A stretch of DNA of 64,000 nucleotides from an uncultured Gemmatimonadaceae bacterium (lineage in GTDB: Bacteria; Gemmatimonadota; Gemmatimonadetes; Gemmatimonadales; Gemmatimonadaceae), in contig CAVXGK010000002.1 of the NCBI GenBank assembly GCA_963761305.1, positions 640,001 to 704,000 of the forward strand, in the 5' to 3' direction. This document shows, in pieces, positions 18,468 to 29,875 of this stretch (positions are counted from its first letter, which is position 1; each line of letters opens with the position of its first letter). Below the pieces are notes generated by a model. That model searched no databases. It was given only the letters and a program-made list of their open reading frames with translations, and was not told the DNA's origin. The position numbers and the translations under genes are program-made.

Positions 18468-21400
18468 ATGCGATCCCTTTCCATCGCCGCCGCGTTGCCT
18501 TTTTGCCTCGTTGCCAGCCCCGCCGCCGTTGCCCAGCGGGGCGGTCGGACGAGTCCGCCGATTTCCCAACCGGCCGTCGCGATTTCGCGGCCCTGGCCGA
18601 ACGCCGCGAGTTGGCGGCAGATCGGCCCGGCGGCGTTCGGCGGCCGAGTGAACGACATCGAAGCCGTACCTAGCGACCCTCACGTGATTTTCGTCGCCAC
18701 CGCGGCGGGCGGCGTCTTCCGAAGCAAGAACAACGGTACCACGTGGGACGCCACGTTCGACGGTTTCGGAAATACTCTCTCGATCGGCGACATCGCCATC
18801 GCACCGAGCAACCCGAATGTCGTGTGGGTGGGGACGGGCGAAGCAAACAATCGCCAAAGCTCGACGTGGGGCGACGGCGTCTATCGCTCGACCGACGGCG
18901 GCACGAGCTGGCGTCACATGGGCTTGGCCGAAACGCAGAGCATCGGCCGCATCGTCATCGATCGCCACAATCCGGATATCGTCTTTGTCGCCGCGGTCGG
19001 CCATCTCTTCGGGCCGAACGACGAGCGCGGCCTCTATCGCACGAGAGACGGCGGAGCGACCTGGCAGCGCGTGCTGTGGGTGGACGCCAACACCGGTGCC
19101 ACTGACGTCGTGATCTCTCCGGATGGGCGCACGCTGGTGGCGGCAACCTATCAGCGCCGGCGCCGCGAGTTCGGATTCGCCGGCAGCGGACCTGGCAGCG
19201 CGCTGTGGCGGTCCACCGACGGCGGCGACACCTGGTCGCGCGTGACGAACGGCTTGCCCGCCGCCGACCTCGGACGGATCGGCCTCGACATCTCGGCGAG
19301 CAATCCAAACGTCGTGTACGCGGTCGTCGAGGCTTTCCCGCCGGGGGGAGGCGTCTATCGGTCGGACGACGGCGGCGCGACGTGGGCGCGACGCAACGCG
19401 GTCAATCAACGGGGCAACTACTTCAGTCAGATTCGCGTCGATCCCAAGAACCCGAATCACGTCTGGTTGCTCGCTACCGCGCTCGTCGCGTCGCATGACG
19501 GCGGGACGACGTTCTCCAGCGACTCAATCGCGCCCTATGCGCATCCCGACCATCACGCGATGTGGATCGACCCGAACGATCCGCGGCACGTCATGCTCGG
19601 CAACGACGGTGGCGTGTACTTCTCGTACGACGACGGGCGTTCGTGGAGCTACATCGACAATCTGCCGATCAGCCAGTTCTACGACATCGCCATCGATGAT
19701 CGCGAGCCGTACTGGATCTATGGAGGTGCCCAGGACAACGGCTCGTGGGCGTTTCCGAGCGCCACGTACTCGCGCGGCGGGATGACGAACCTGGACGTCC
19801 AGAACACCGGGTTCGGCGACGGTTTCCAATCGGCCGTGGATCCGCTCGATCGACGATTCGTTCATGCGAATTCTCAGAACGGCCGCGCGTTTCTCGCCGA
19901 CATGGTAACGCGCGAGGAACGCTTCATCCAGCCGGTCGCGGCGGCCGGGCAGGACCCTTATCGATTCAACTGGAACACGGCGATGCAGCAGTCGCCCAAC
20001 GATCCGCGCGCGCTCTACCTTGGCGCGCAGAAGTTGCTGCTTTCGACGGATCGGGGAACGACGTGGCGCGAGATCAGCCCCGATCTCACGAAACACCTCG
20101 GGCGCGGCCAGCTCAGCGTGGGCGACGGCTTTCCCGCAGGTCGATCGCTGTCGCAGAACGACGGCGTCAGCGCGTACGGCAACATCACGACGATCAGCGA
20201 GTCGCCGAAGGCGCGCGGCACGATCTACGTCGGGACGGACGACGGAAACGTGCAGATGACCACCGACGGCGGCGGCCATTGGACCGATCTGACGCCGCGC
20301 TTCGCGATGCCGCAGACGCGCTACGTGAGCAAGGTCTACGCGTCTCGGCACGACGCGCGCACCGCCTACGCTGCATTCGACGGGCACTGGGACGACGACA
20401 ACAAGCCCTATCTGTTCAGCACCGATGACGGTGGTGCGACGTGGAAATCGATTGCCGCCGACCTTCCGAACTGGAAGCCCGTCAAAACCATCGAGGAAGA
20501 TCCGCGCGATCCGCGGGTGCTCTTCGCCGGCACCGAGTTCGGTCTGTACTGGACGAGTGACGCCGGTGCTCACTGGTTGCCGGCGAGCGGGAACGTGCCG
20601 CCGGTGATGGTCGATCGAATCATCGTCAATCCCAAGAACAACGATCTCATCGTGGCGACGCACGGCCGCGGCGTGATGATTCTCGACGACATCGCACCGA
20701 TCGAAGCATCGGCTGGACTAGACGACGTCCGGTTGTTCGCGCTGCGACCGGCGACCGAGGTGCAGATGTATCGCGACCTTCCATGGCCTGGTGGAAACGC
20801 GTTCGTCGCGCCCAACGCCCCGGTCGGTACTTACATCTCGTACGCGCTTGCCAACGATCCGCGCACGGCCGACAGCGTGAGGATCCGGATCTCGGCACCC
20901 GACGGCGCCGTGGTGAACGAGATGGTCGGCCCGGATCGACGCGGAACGTTCCGTGTGTTGTGGGACCTGCGCTACCGCTTCAAGTACGTGCCGCCGCCGT
21001 CCGATTCCGGCTTCTACGGCCCGCCGCGAGCGCCGTACGTGGCACCCGGCGAGTATACCATCGCGCTCACGGCGCGGGGCCGAACGGTGACGCAGAAGGT
21101 GCGCGTGCAGAGCGATCCGCGCGCCGCGCGCACCGACGCCGGTTTGCGCGACCGCGCCGCGATGAATCTCCGTGCACGCGACCTGAGCCGCGTCTACTTC
21201 GACGCGATTGCGGCCCTCGACGCCATCGACGCCGAGCTGAAAACTCTGGGCGAGTCGACGGACAGCGCCGCCAAGGCGATCTCGGCGCGCGTCGTCACGC
21301 TGCGACAGCGGGCGCGAGGCAACAGCATCACCTCGGGGATCGGACGGCTTTTCGACCTTACTGCGGCGATCGAGTCGTCGTCGATGCCGCCGACCGACGC

Positions 21401-21551
21401 CCAGCATCGAAGCCTCGCTGCGTCGGTTGCCGAGTTCACCGATGTCACCACCGCGGTAAACGCCCTGATCACGACCGATCTCCCCGCGCTCCTGGCCGGG
21501 CTCGGCAGGCCGCCGAGCAACGCCATCGCCGTCGTCGCTCCGCCCACCTGA
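18468..21551 (+). CDS. Secreted VPS10/BNR Asp-box beta-propeller protein
   Basis: Signal peptide, WRQIGPA..GGRV, repeated S/TxDGGxTW boxes, HPDHHAMWIDP, YGGAQDNG, ATHGRG. Confidence 0.88.
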   Translation: MRSLSIAAALPFCLVASPAAVAQRGGRTSPPISQPAVAISRPWPNAASWRQIGPAAFGGRVNDIEAVPSDPHVIFVATAAGGVFRSKNNGTTWDATFDGFGNTLSIGDIAIAPSNPNVVWVGTGEANNRQSSTWGDGVYRSTDGGTSWRHMGLAETQSIGRIVIDRHNPDIVFVAAVGHLFGPNDERGLYRTRDGGATWQRVLWVDANTGATDVVISPDGRTLVAATYQRRRREFGFAGSGPGSALWRSTDGGDTWSRVTNGLPAADLGRIGLDISASNPNVVYAVVEAFPPGGGVYRSDDGGATWARRNAVNQRGNYFSQIRVDPKNPNHVWLLATALVASHDGGTTFSSDSIAPYAHPDHHAMWIDPNDPRHVMLGNDGGVYFSYDDGRSWSYIDNLPISQFYDIAIDDREPYWIYGGAQDNGSWAFPSATYSRGGMTNLDVQNTGFGDGFQSAVDPLDRRFVHANSQNGRAFLADMVTREERFIQPVAAAGQDPYRFNWNTAMQQSPNDPRALYLGAQKLLLSTDRGTTWREISPDLTKHLGRGQLSVGDGFPAGRSLSQNDGVSAYGNITTISESPKARGTIYVGTDDGNVQMTTDGGGHWTDLTPRFAMPQTRYVSKVYASRHDARTAYAAFDGHWDDDNKPYLFSTDDGGATWKSIAADLPNWKPVKTIEEDPRDPRVLFAGTEFGLYWTSDAGAHWLPASGNVPPVMVDRIIVNPKNNDLIVATHGRGVMILDDIAPIEASAGLDDVRLFALRPATEVQMYRDLPWPGGNAFVAPNAPVGTYISYALANDPRTADSVRIRISAPDGAVVNEMVGPDRRGTFRVLWDLRYRFKYVPPPSDSGFYGPPRAPYVAPGEYTIALTARGRTVTQKVRVQSDPRAARTDAGLRDRAAMNLRARDLSRVYFDAIAALDAIDAELKTLGESTDSAAKAISARVVTLRQRARGNSITSGIGRLFDLTAAIESSSMPPTDAQHRSLAASVAEFTDVTTAVNALITTDLPALLAGLGRPPSNAIAVVAPPT

Positions 21552-21572
21552 TCGTTCTCACAACACACTTCC

Positions 21573-23273
21573 ATGAAACTCGCATCGCTGTCCCGCGCGC
21601 TTCCCATGGCCAGTCTGGCGCTCTCTCCCGGCATCGCCTGGGCGGAGAGGCACCACCCCGTTCCGATGGCCACGCCGCGATTCGAAATCACGTTTCCGGC
21701 AGCGGCTCACCCCGGGCCGATCACCGGGCGACTCGTGCTCGTCGTCGCCAAGACCGCGCAGCCCGAGCCGCGACTCGCCATTTCGCCGCGCGGGCCGGCG
21801 TTGTTCGCGATCGACGTCGACCAGTGGTCGCCGGGCCGTGCCGTCGTCATCGACGAGGCCGCGCTCGGCTACCCGATGGCCCTCTCGGCGCTGCCACCCG
21901 GCGACTATTTCGTCCAGGCCATCATCAACGTCTACGAGCAAGTTCACCGCGCGGACGGCAAGACCGTGTGGCTGCCGATGAACGACGGGAACATCGAGTT
22001 CTTCAGCAACGCGGCGCACAATCTCTACAGCGACGTGGTTCCGGTTCATGTGGGCGGCGACGGGGCGGAGGCAAACGCTTTCAAGGTCGACGTCACTCAC
22101 GTCCTGCCCGCGTTCACTCGCCCGAAGGACACCGAGTGGATCAAGCAGGTGACGTTCCAGAGCCCGATGCTCACCAAGTTCTGGGGCCGCCCGATTTTCA
22201 TGCACGCGTCGGTGCTTCTGCCCAAAGGTTACGACCAGCATCCGGCGACCCACTACCCGACGGTCTACACCCTCGGCCACGGCGAGTCTCCGCTCAGCTT
22301 CTCGACGAACCCGCCGCGCGCGGGCGCGCCGGCCGGCGTCAGTCCGGTGACCGGCACCGAGAGCGGGTATGCGACGTTCCAAAAGTGGAACGCCGACGAC
22401 TATCCGCGCGTGGTCTGCATCAGCCTACAGCAGCAGACGCCCTATTTCCCCGACTCGTACTCGGTGAACTCGGCGAACAACGGCCCGTACGGCGACGCCG
22501 TCGTGGAGGAGATGATTCCGTTCCTCGAGAAGACCTTCCGTCTGATCGCCAAGCCATACGCCCGACAGCTGGAAGGCGCATCGACCAGCGGGTGGCAAAC
22601 GCTGGCGCTCCAGCTCCAACATCCCGAGTTCTTCGGCGGCGCGTGGGTTTTCCAGCCCGATCCGATCGATTTCACGCGCTATCAGGAAGTCAACATCTAC
22701 ACGGACACGAACGCGTTCGACGTTCAAACCGGCCCCTTCACCAAGACGGAGCGCTATTTCCAACGCACGACCGACGGGCAGACGCTGTTCACAACCCGAG
22801 AGCTGAGCCGGTTCGAGGCGGTGCTCGGAAGCCACGGTCGTTCGGCGTACCAGCTCGAGGCGTGGGAAGCGGTCTATGGTCCGATCGGCGCAGACGGTTA
22901 TCCGGTGCCGCTCTGGGACAAGGCGACGGGACACATCGACCACACGGTCGCCGAGTACATGCGCGACCACGGTTTCGATCTGCGCGCGTACGCCGAGAAG
23001 AATTGGCCGACGATCGGGTCGCAGCTCGTCGGCAAGCTGCACTTCTCGGCCGGCGACATGGACGACTACTGGCTGAACCTAGCCGTCTACAAGTTCGAGG
23101 ATTTTCTCAAGACGACGACGAACCCGCATTACGAGGGCGACTTCGTGTACGGGCGTCCCATGAAAGGCCATTCGTGGCACTATGCCCCGTGGGCCGATTT
23201 CATCCGCAAGGTCGCCACGACGGTCAAGGCGCAGGCGCCGGCCGGCGAAAACCCCACTCTCTGGAATTACTGA
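21573..23273 (+). CDS. Secreted alpha/beta-hydrolase (esterase-like)
   Basis: Signal peptide, SYSVNSANNGPYGDA, nucleophile elbow GASTSGW, GDMDDYWL, C-terminal His. Confidence 0.75.
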   Translation: MKLASLSRALPMASLALSPGIAWAERHHPVPMATPRFEITFPAAAHPGPITGRLVLVVAKTAQPEPRLAISPRGPALFAIDVDQWSPGRAVVIDEAALGYPMALSALPPGDYFVQAIINVYEQVHRADGKTVWLPMNDGNIEFFSNAAHNLYSDVVPVHVGGDGAEANAFKVDVTHVLPAFTRPKDTEWIKQVTFQSPMLTKFWGRPIFMHASVLLPKGYDQHPATHYPTVYTLGHGESPLSFSTNPPRAGAPAGVSPVTGTESGYATFQKWNADDYPRVVCISLQQQTPYFPDSYSVNSANNGPYGDAVVEEMIPFLEKTFRLIAKPYARQLEGASTSGWQTLALQLQHPEFFGGAWVFQPDPIDFTRYQEVNIYTDTNAFDVQTGPFTKTERYFQRTTDGQTLFTTRELSRFEAVLGSHGRSAYQLEAWEAVYGPIGADGYPVPLWDKATGHIDHTVAEYMRDHGFDLRAYAEKNWPTIGSQLVGKLHFSAGDMDDYWLNLAVYKFEDFLKTTTNPHYEGDFVYGRPMKGHSWHYAPWADFIRKVATTVKAQAPAGENPTLWNY

Positions 23274-23344
23274 TGGTAGATCGTCGCCTCCACGTGCGTG
23301 TGGGCGATGCAGACTCTCTCCCTCGGGATCGAGGTCCCACCTAC

Positions 23345-24118
23345 ATGAGCCAGTCCATCGAAAAGGATGTGCGCTTCCTGAAACGATATGCCATCGTGAC
23401 GACGACGCTGCTCGCCGTCCTGTCGGTGGCGGCGTTCACGCGATCGTCGGGGATCGCGAAGTTCGACGAGATCGACGTCGAGCGGATCAACATCCGCGAG
23501 CCGAACGGCAACTATCGGATGGTTCTCTCGAATCGGCCGCGATCCATCGGACCCGTTTACAAGAACAAACCGTTCGGCTACGCGGGGGGCGGTCGCCCCG
23601 GGATCATCTTCTTCAACGACGAGGGCACCGAGAACGGCGGGCTGACGTTTACCGGCAGCACCTGCACGGAGGGGCGATCGGTCACGACGGGCGGCGCCTG
23701 CACGAACGGCAGCTACCGGGCGTCGACGCACATGTCATTCGATCAGTTCAACCAGGACCAGGTCGTGAACCTGGACTACAGCGACAACAACGGTCAGAAG
23801 CTGATGGGTTTCTCGATCAACGACCGGGCGCCCATCGACATCAAGCAGATGGTGGACGAGCGGGATTCGATCATGAAGATCGCCGACACGTCCGCACGGC
23901 GGGCCGCGCTGACGCGATGGACGGCGCCGCGGAACGGATATCCGCTCAACGTGCAGCGCCTGTTCATCGGCCGCGATCCGTCGAAGTCGGCGGTGCTCAA
24001 CCTTGCCGATCCAAATGGCAAACCCCGCCTTCGCTTGGTGGTCGACTCGCTCGGCGGCGCGCGCATCGAGTTTCTCGACGAGGCCGGCCACGTCACCTCG
24101 ACGGTACCAGGCAAATGA
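23345..24118 (+). CDS. Membrane-anchored hypothetical protein
   Basis: N-terminal TM; FDEIDVERINIREPNG, IIFFNDEGTENGGL, GKPRLRLVVD; stop overlaps fecR start. Confidence 0.75.
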   Translation: MSQSIEKDVRFLKRYAIVTTTLLAVLSVAAFTRSSGIAKFDEIDVERINIREPNGNYRMVLSNRPRSIGPVYKNKPFGYAGGGRPGIIFFNDEGTENGGLTFTGSTCTEGRSVTTGGACTNGSYRASTHMSFDQFNQDQVVNLDYSDNNGQKLMGFSINDRAPIDIKQMVDERDSIMKIADTSARRAALTRWTAPRNGYPLNVQRLFIGRDPSKSAVLNLADPNGKPRLRLVVDSLGGARIEFLDEAGHVTSTVPGK

Positions 24119-25128
24119 CGTTTCGCCCGTTTGGCACCGGCGCCCGCGATCGGAATATCGACGAGCTGATTCTTCGTTCGTTGCGAAACGAGCTGACGGA
24201 CGATGAGTCCGCGCGGCTCGCGGAATGGCGGCACGAGTCGTCGGTCAACGAACAGCTGTATCGGCGATCAGCTCGGTTGAGCGACGCGATGGCTCCTCGC
24301 GCTGTCGCCGCCAGGCAGCCTCCGGCCGTCGAGTCGATCCTGTCGGGCGAGCGCTCGTCGCCGATCGCGCCGCGGTGGACCAGCGGTCGGCGCACTGTGC
24401 TGCGCGCATCGCTGGCGGCGGGCATCGTGCTCGTTGTGTCGGCGGCGGCGTTCGAGTGGCGACATCGCCCCGCGACGCCCCAAGTTGACCGACCGTTGGC
24501 CGAGGGTGTCGGCTATTCGACCGGCCCGTCGGAGATGGCGACCGTGCAACTCAGCGACGGGAGCGTCGTTCGCCTCGCGCCGAGCAGCAAGCTGCGCTTC
24601 GTGCAGCACGCAGCGATGCGTGAGGCGACGCTCGAGGGACGTGCCTTCTTCTCGGTGGCCAAGATCGCCGGCCGAGCGTTCCGTGTGCATACGCGATTGG
24701 GCGAGGCGACCGTGCTCGGAACGAAATTCGAGATGGCGACCGATTCGAGCGAACTGAAATTGCTCGTCGTGTCCGGCCGGGTCGCTCTCGCCGGTTCGCG
24801 CAATCAAGTCGAGGTGCACGGCGGCGAGGTGAGTGGAGTTCGCCAGGGCACTGTCGCCGAGCCGACGCGTCTTCCGGACGCCGCGAAGATGAACGAATGG
24901 GTGGGGAAGTTCCTGGCCTTTCAGTCGACGCCCATGCGCGAAGTCGCTCGCGAGATCCAGGAGACGTACGGGATTCGAATCGTGATCGAAGACTCGGTCA
25001 TCGCCAATCGCACGGTCATCGGCACGTTCACCGATCGTGATTCACGCGACGTGATCGACATGGTGTGCTCGGTAGTGAACGCACAGTGCGTGAATCGCCC
25101 CGGCGAAGTCGTGATGTCGGGCCGGTAG
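24115..25128 (+). CDS. FecR-family anti-sigma/sensor
   Basis: ESARLAEW, single TM, LSDGSVVRLAPSSKL, LEGRAFFSV, VLGTKF, LAFQSTPMREV. Confidence 0.88.
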   Translation: MTFRPFGTGARDRNIDELILRSLRNELTDDESARLAEWRHESSVNEQLYRRSARLSDAMAPRAVAARQPPAVESILSGERSSPIAPRWTSGRRTVLRASLAAGIVLVVSAAAFEWRHRPATPQVDRPLAEGVGYSTGPSEMATVQLSDGSVVRLAPSSKLRFVQHAAMREATLEGRAFFSVAKIAGRAFRVHTRLGEATVLGTKFEMATDSSELKLLVVSGRVALAGSRNQVEVHGGEVSGVRQGTVAEPTRLPDAAKMNEWVGKFLAFQSTPMREVAREIQETYGIRIVIEDSVIANRTVIGTFTDRDSRDVIDMVCSVVNAQCVNRPGEVVMSGR

Positions 25129-25167
25129 CGCAGCGCACATGCGCGCGTCGAACGTCCTTCCAGAGGA

Positions 25168-28100
25168 ATGAGGAACATGAGGACAACACTTCGTACGAGT
25201 GCCTTGTACGCCGCGATGGGATCGGCGTTGACTCTCGCGCTTGCCGCGCGGACCGCGTCGGCGGTCGCGACGCGCGGCGATGCTATCGAGCGCCGCCAGT
25301 CGGACGACGTACTCGAGCGGCCGGCGCGTCTCGAGGTGCGAGACGTGGCGCTGGCCATGGCGTTGCGTGACCTCGCCCACCATGCACGCGTCGCACTGGT
25401 CTACAGTCCGAGCCTCGTGCCCGAGGTCACCGTGAGTTGCCGCTGTGCGGCCGCCACGACTCGGGAGGCCCTCGAGACGTTGCTTGTGAAGACGACGCTG
25501 ACGTTTCGAGAAGCCGATGGACAGGTGATGCTGGTTCCGGCGCCGCTGCAACGTTTCGAGGTGCCGGCGGCGGGTGCCGATGACACGTCCGTGCCGGCGG
25601 CGATCACGCTGGCATCGTCCGACGTGTCGGCCGTCCCGAGCCGGCGCCAGTTCGCCGACTCGTCGATTGTGGTCGGCCAAGCGACGAGCGATGCCGGCGC
25701 ACCGATTGCGGCGGCGCTGGTGACGATTCCCGATCTGCGCCTCTCGACCACGACGAGCGACGCCGGCCTGTTCCGACTGGTCGTTCCCCCGGATCGATAC
25801 AGCGCGAGGATTGACACACTGCACGTCGTGCGGATCGGGTATCGGCCCGCGCTGATCCCATTTCAACTGAGGCCGGGCCGCGTCGTTGTCGACGTCGTAA
25901 TGTCGGCGGCGGCTGTGGCACTCGACCAGATCGTCGTCACCGGCACGGCCGGAAATCAGGAACGCCGCGCCCAGGCCGCCGTCGTCGCCAGCGTCGACGC
26001 GACGGACCTCATGGCGAAGGCGCCGGTGCTCGACGTGAGCCAGCTCCTCTACGCCCAGACGCCGGGTGTCTCGATGACGACGGCGTCGGGAACGAGCGGC
26101 GCCAATACCAGAATCGACATACGCGGCCAGGCTTCGATCTCTCTCTCGAACTATCCCCTCGTCTTCATCGACGGCGTGCGCGTGACTGCCGGCCCGCGCG
26201 GCACGGCAGGCAGCGGCGTCGGCGGCCAGACGTTGAGCGCACTCAACGACCTCAACCCCGACGACATCGAAAGCATCGAGGTCGTGAAAGGTCCGGCGGC
26301 GGCAACGCTGTACGGCGCCGACGCGTCAGCTGGCGTGATTCAGATTCTCACGAAGAAGGGACGGCCGGGCGCGCGTCGGTTCTCGCAGAAGGTGACGCTC
26401 GAATACGACAACCTGAGTCCGAACTTCACCCCGTACACCAACTACGCGAAGTGCACCGCCACGCTCGTGGCGGCGACGAGCACGAATCCATTGTGCAATG
26501 GCCAGGCGGTCGGAGCAGTCGTCTCCGACAACGTCCTGGTCCGCAACGACGTGTTCACCAACGGTTCGGCGGGCACGCTCGGGTACAGCGTGCAAGGCGG
26601 GGGCGACAACTTCGGGTACTACGGCTCGTTCGACGCGACGAACGAGCAGGGCACCACGCCGGACAACTTCCTGAACCATCGCAGCGGCCGCATCAACTTT
26701 ACCTGGATCGCCACGCCGAAGGTGTCGGTGGACGCCAGCGTCTCGGTCGCACGGATGGACGACAAGCTGCCCAAAGGCGATCAGGATACCGATGGATTTC
26801 TCTTGGGCGGCGATTTCGGATCGCCGCTGTCGGTGACCAGGGATCCGACCGGCGCGCTCGCCGGCGGTTGGTTCATCGCGTCGGAAAACGTGCAGGCCAT
26901 CTCGGCGATCAATACGGAGGACAACACCCTTCGCGCGACGCCAAGCGTGCAACTGCACTACACGCCGGTTTCGTGGTTCACCAACCGCCTCACGCTCGGC
27001 GAAGACTTCACGCACATCCTGGCCAGCCAGCTCTACCCAAAGAACAACCTCAATTGGTACAGCTCGTTGCAAAACACCGGCGTCATCTCGGTGAGCGAGT
27101 CAGACGCCAACCTCTACACGGCCGACTACCTCGGAAATCTGAGCGGCCGCTTTGGGCCGGCCGGTCGCATGTCGTCCGATTTCTCGTTCGGCAGCCAATG
27201 GATCAACACCGTGAGCAGTGGACTGGGCGGTGTCGGGACGGGATTGCTGACCAATACGAACGACGTCGTCGGCGCGGCGACGACGTCGACGGCATCGCAG
27301 AGCTACGCCCAGTCGAAGTCGTTCGGCTACTTCGGGCAAGAGCAGCTCGGGCTGAACGATCGGCTTTTTCTGGAGGCCGGCGCGCGTGTAGATCGGAACT
27401 CGGCGTTCGGTAAGAATTACGGAGCCTTCTTTCTGCCCAAAGCCGGCATCTCGTACGTCCTGTCGCAGGAACCGTTTTGGCAGGAACGACTCTCGAACAT
27501 TTCCACATTCCGCCTGCGCGCTGCCTACGGGACGACCGGCCGCTCGCCCAGTAGCACTGCGGCTCTCCAGACGTATAGCAAGGCCAATTACATAACCGAC
27601 GCGGGCGTCGTCCAACCGGGCGTGTCGCCGGGCAGCCCGGGGAACGCGAATCTCGAGCCCGAGCGGGGGTCGGAGTTCGAGGGAGGTTTCGACGCCGGAT
27701 TCCTTCACGATCGCGTCGGTCTCGAGGCAACGTACTTCGACAAGCGCTCGAAAAACTTGTTGCTGAGCCTCCCGATCGCGCCGTCGTCAGGTTTCTCATC
27801 GAGCCCGCTAGTAAACATCGGTGAGGTGTCGAACAAGGGCTATGAATTGTCGCTGCGCGCCACGCCGGTTTCGACGCGCAACGTGACCTGGGACTTCACG
27901 GCGACGGCGAACACCGTCCAGAACCGCATCGAGAACATGGGATCGGTGGCGCCGTTCGTGAGCAGCAACAACCAGTGCTTCAAGCCGGGCATGGAAGTGG
28001 GCGCCTGGTGCGTGCCGCAAGTCGTGCGCGTGGACACCGTGGCCAACAAGGCGTTCGTCACCGACACCGCCGTCAACGTCGGCGGTCAGTTGGCCAAATT

Positions 28101-28611
28101 CGAATCGAGCCTGAGCAGCACGCTGACCCTCCGACGTAACCTGCGATTCTACGTTCAGTTCGACGGCAAGTCCGGCTACAAGATTTATGACCTGACACAG
28201 GACTTCCGCGATCGCTCATTGGCGAATTCGGCCGAGTCGGTTCTGCCCGCCGGCCAGGGCGGCTATTCGACCGCCGAGCGACTGCGCCGGTTTGGGCCCT
28301 TCTTCACGGAGACCAGCGGGACGCCGGTGGGACAGGCGCTGGTCCGCGATCCGTACATCGTGTCCGGCAATTTCCTTCGGCTGCGCGAGGCAGCGGTGAC
28401 GTTCTCGCTGCCGACGCAAATCGGTGAGCGCCTGGGCATTCCGGGCTCGTCGATCACCGTCGGGGGACGAAATCTCTGGCTCTCGACCAAATACCCGGGA
28501 TGGGATCCGGAGGTGAACGGCGCGGACGGACTGGTCAACCAGTTCCGCGCGGACGTGTTCACGACGCCGCAAAGCCGCAGGCTGTTCACGCGGCTCAACG
28601 TCCAGTTCTGA
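25168..28611 (+). CDS. SusC/RagA-like TonB-dependent receptor with N-terminal signalling (STN-like) domain
   Basis: STN-like extension, carboxypeptidase-reg-like domain, plug LNPDDIESIEVVKGPAAATLYG..GVIQILTKKG, GNANLEPE, C-terminal F. Confidence 0.9.
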   Translation: MRNMRTTLRTSALYAAMGSALTLALAARTASAVATRGDAIERRQSDDVLERPARLEVRDVALAMALRDLAHHARVALVYSPSLVPEVTVSCRCAAATTREALETLLVKTTLTFREADGQVMLVPAPLQRFEVPAAGADDTSVPAAITLASSDVSAVPSRRQFADSSIVVGQATSDAGAPIAAALVTIPDLRLSTTTSDAGLFRLVVPPDRYSARIDTLHVVRIGYRPALIPFQLRPGRVVVDVVMSAAAVALDQIVVTGTAGNQERRAQAAVVASVDATDLMAKAPVLDVSQLLYAQTPGVSMTTASGTSGANTRIDIRGQASISLSNYPLVFIDGVRVTAGPRGTAGSGVGGQTLSALNDLNPDDIESIEVVKGPAAATLYGADASAGVIQILTKKGRPGARRFSQKVTLEYDNLSPNFTPYTNYAKCTATLVAATSTNPLCNGQAVGAVVSDNVLVRNDVFTNGSAGTLGYSVQGGGDNFGYYGSFDATNEQGTTPDNFLNHRSGRINFTWIATPKVSVDASVSVARMDDKLPKGDQDTDGFLLGGDFGSPLSVTRDPTGALAGGWFIASENVQAISAINTEDNTLRATPSVQLHYTPVSWFTNRLTLGEDFTHILASQLYPKNNLNWYSSLQNTGVISVSESDANLYTADYLGNLSGRFGPAGRMSSDFSFGSQWINTVSSGLGGVGTGLLTNTNDVVGAATTSTASQSYAQSKSFGYFGQEQLGLNDRLFLEAGARVDRNSAFGKNYGAFFLPKAGISYVLSQEPFWQERLSNISTFRLRAAYGTTGRSPSSTAALQTYSKANYITDAGVVQPGVSPGSPGNANLEPERGSEFEGGFDAGFLHDRVGLEATYFDKRSKNLLLSLPIAPSSGFSSSPLVNIGEVSNKGYELSLRATPVSTRNVTWDFTATANTVQNRIENMGSVAPFVSSNNQCFKPGMEVGAWCVPQVVRVDTVANKAFVTDTAVNVGGQLAKFESSLSSTLTLRRNLRFYVQFDGKSGYKIYDLTQDFRDRSLANSAESVLPAGQGGYSTAERLRRFGPFFTETSGTPVGQALVRDPYIVSGNFLRLREAAVTFSLPTQIGERLGIPGSSITVGGRNLWLSTKYPGWDPEVNGADGLVNQFRADVFTTPQSRRLFTRLNVQF

Positions 28612-28621
28612 GAAGACGCCA

Positions 28622-29868
28622 ATGACCTCAATCAAATCGGCGTGTGTGTCCGCCGCTCTCGCGCTCCTCGCGCTGTCGTCGTTTGCCTGCAACATGGACG
28701 TTATCAATCCCGGCGTCGTCGACGCCACGACGTTCGATCCGACGCAGGATGCGTCGACGCTGTCGCTGTCTGCGCAATCGAATCTGTACAAGGGATACGG
28801 TAACCTCATCTACTACTCGGCCTTCCTCTCCGGTGAGGCGAGCGTCGGCGCCGTTCGGCAGGAGACGAACGACATCGGTCGACGCGTCGAGAGCGCGGCG
28901 ACGGCCGACGTCGCCAGCGTCTGGTCGCCGCTTCAGAAATCGCTCGCAACCAACGAGCTCGCCATTCCGGTATTGTTGGCTGGGGCATCGGCGGCGTCGG
29001 ACATCAACCTGGCGCGCGTCGAGATGAACTCGGGCTTCTCGCTCGTGCTGCTCGGCGAGACGTTCTGTCAGGGAGACATTCTCGTCGGTCCGCCGCTCAC
29101 GCCGACGCAGGTCCTCGATACCGCCATTGTGCGATTCACGAAGGCGATTGCCGTCGGTACCGCGGCGGCAGCGGCGGGCGTGACCGAGGGCACCAAGGTG
29201 GTGAACGCGTCTAACGTCGGCTTGGCGCGCGCATACCTCCAGATCGGAGACAACGCGCACGCGGCGCAGGCTGCCGCGCTCGTTCCGTCGACGTTCGTCT
29301 ACAACGCGGTCGCGATCGACGACGCCAGCAACCGCACGCTCGGCAATCTCGTCTACCAGTACGATATCGGCGGAAACCTGATCGTGGTGCCCGATGCCTA
29401 CCGTGCGCTGAACGATCCGCGCGTGCCGTGGAAGGATGCGGCGAAGAAGGCCCAGGACTCGCAGCTCGAGTACTTCCAGCAACTCAAATTCACGGGTACG
29501 CCACGCCCATTCGGATCGCCTCGGGCCTCGAGGCCAGCTACATCGTAGCCGAGGCAAACCTCAAGACGGGCGATGCGACCGCTGCATCGACGTTGATCGC
29601 CGCTCGTCGTGCGGCCAACGGCCAGCCCGCGTTCACGGGTGTCGGAACGCCGGCCATTCTCGCCGAGCTGATGAACCAGCGCGCACGCGAATTCTGGCTC
29701 GAGGCCAAGCACCTGGGCGACTGGATTCGCAATCCGACGGCGACGCCGTTTGTCAGCCCGTCGGGAACGACGTTCTACAAACCGGCGCAAGGGAACTTCG
29801 GCACGAGCACATGCCTTCCTGTGCCGGTCAGCGAGACGACCGCGAACCCCAACTTCCCGAAGACGTGA
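28622..29868 (+). CDS. SusD/RagB-like lipoprotein, frameshifted at ~29495
   Basis: Lipobox SFAC, LGETFC, GLARAYL; other frame EASYIVAEA, QRAREFWLEAKHLGD, CLPVPVSE..NPN; one G missing in GGG. Confidence 0.8.
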
Positions 29869-29875
29869 CGCAGTG

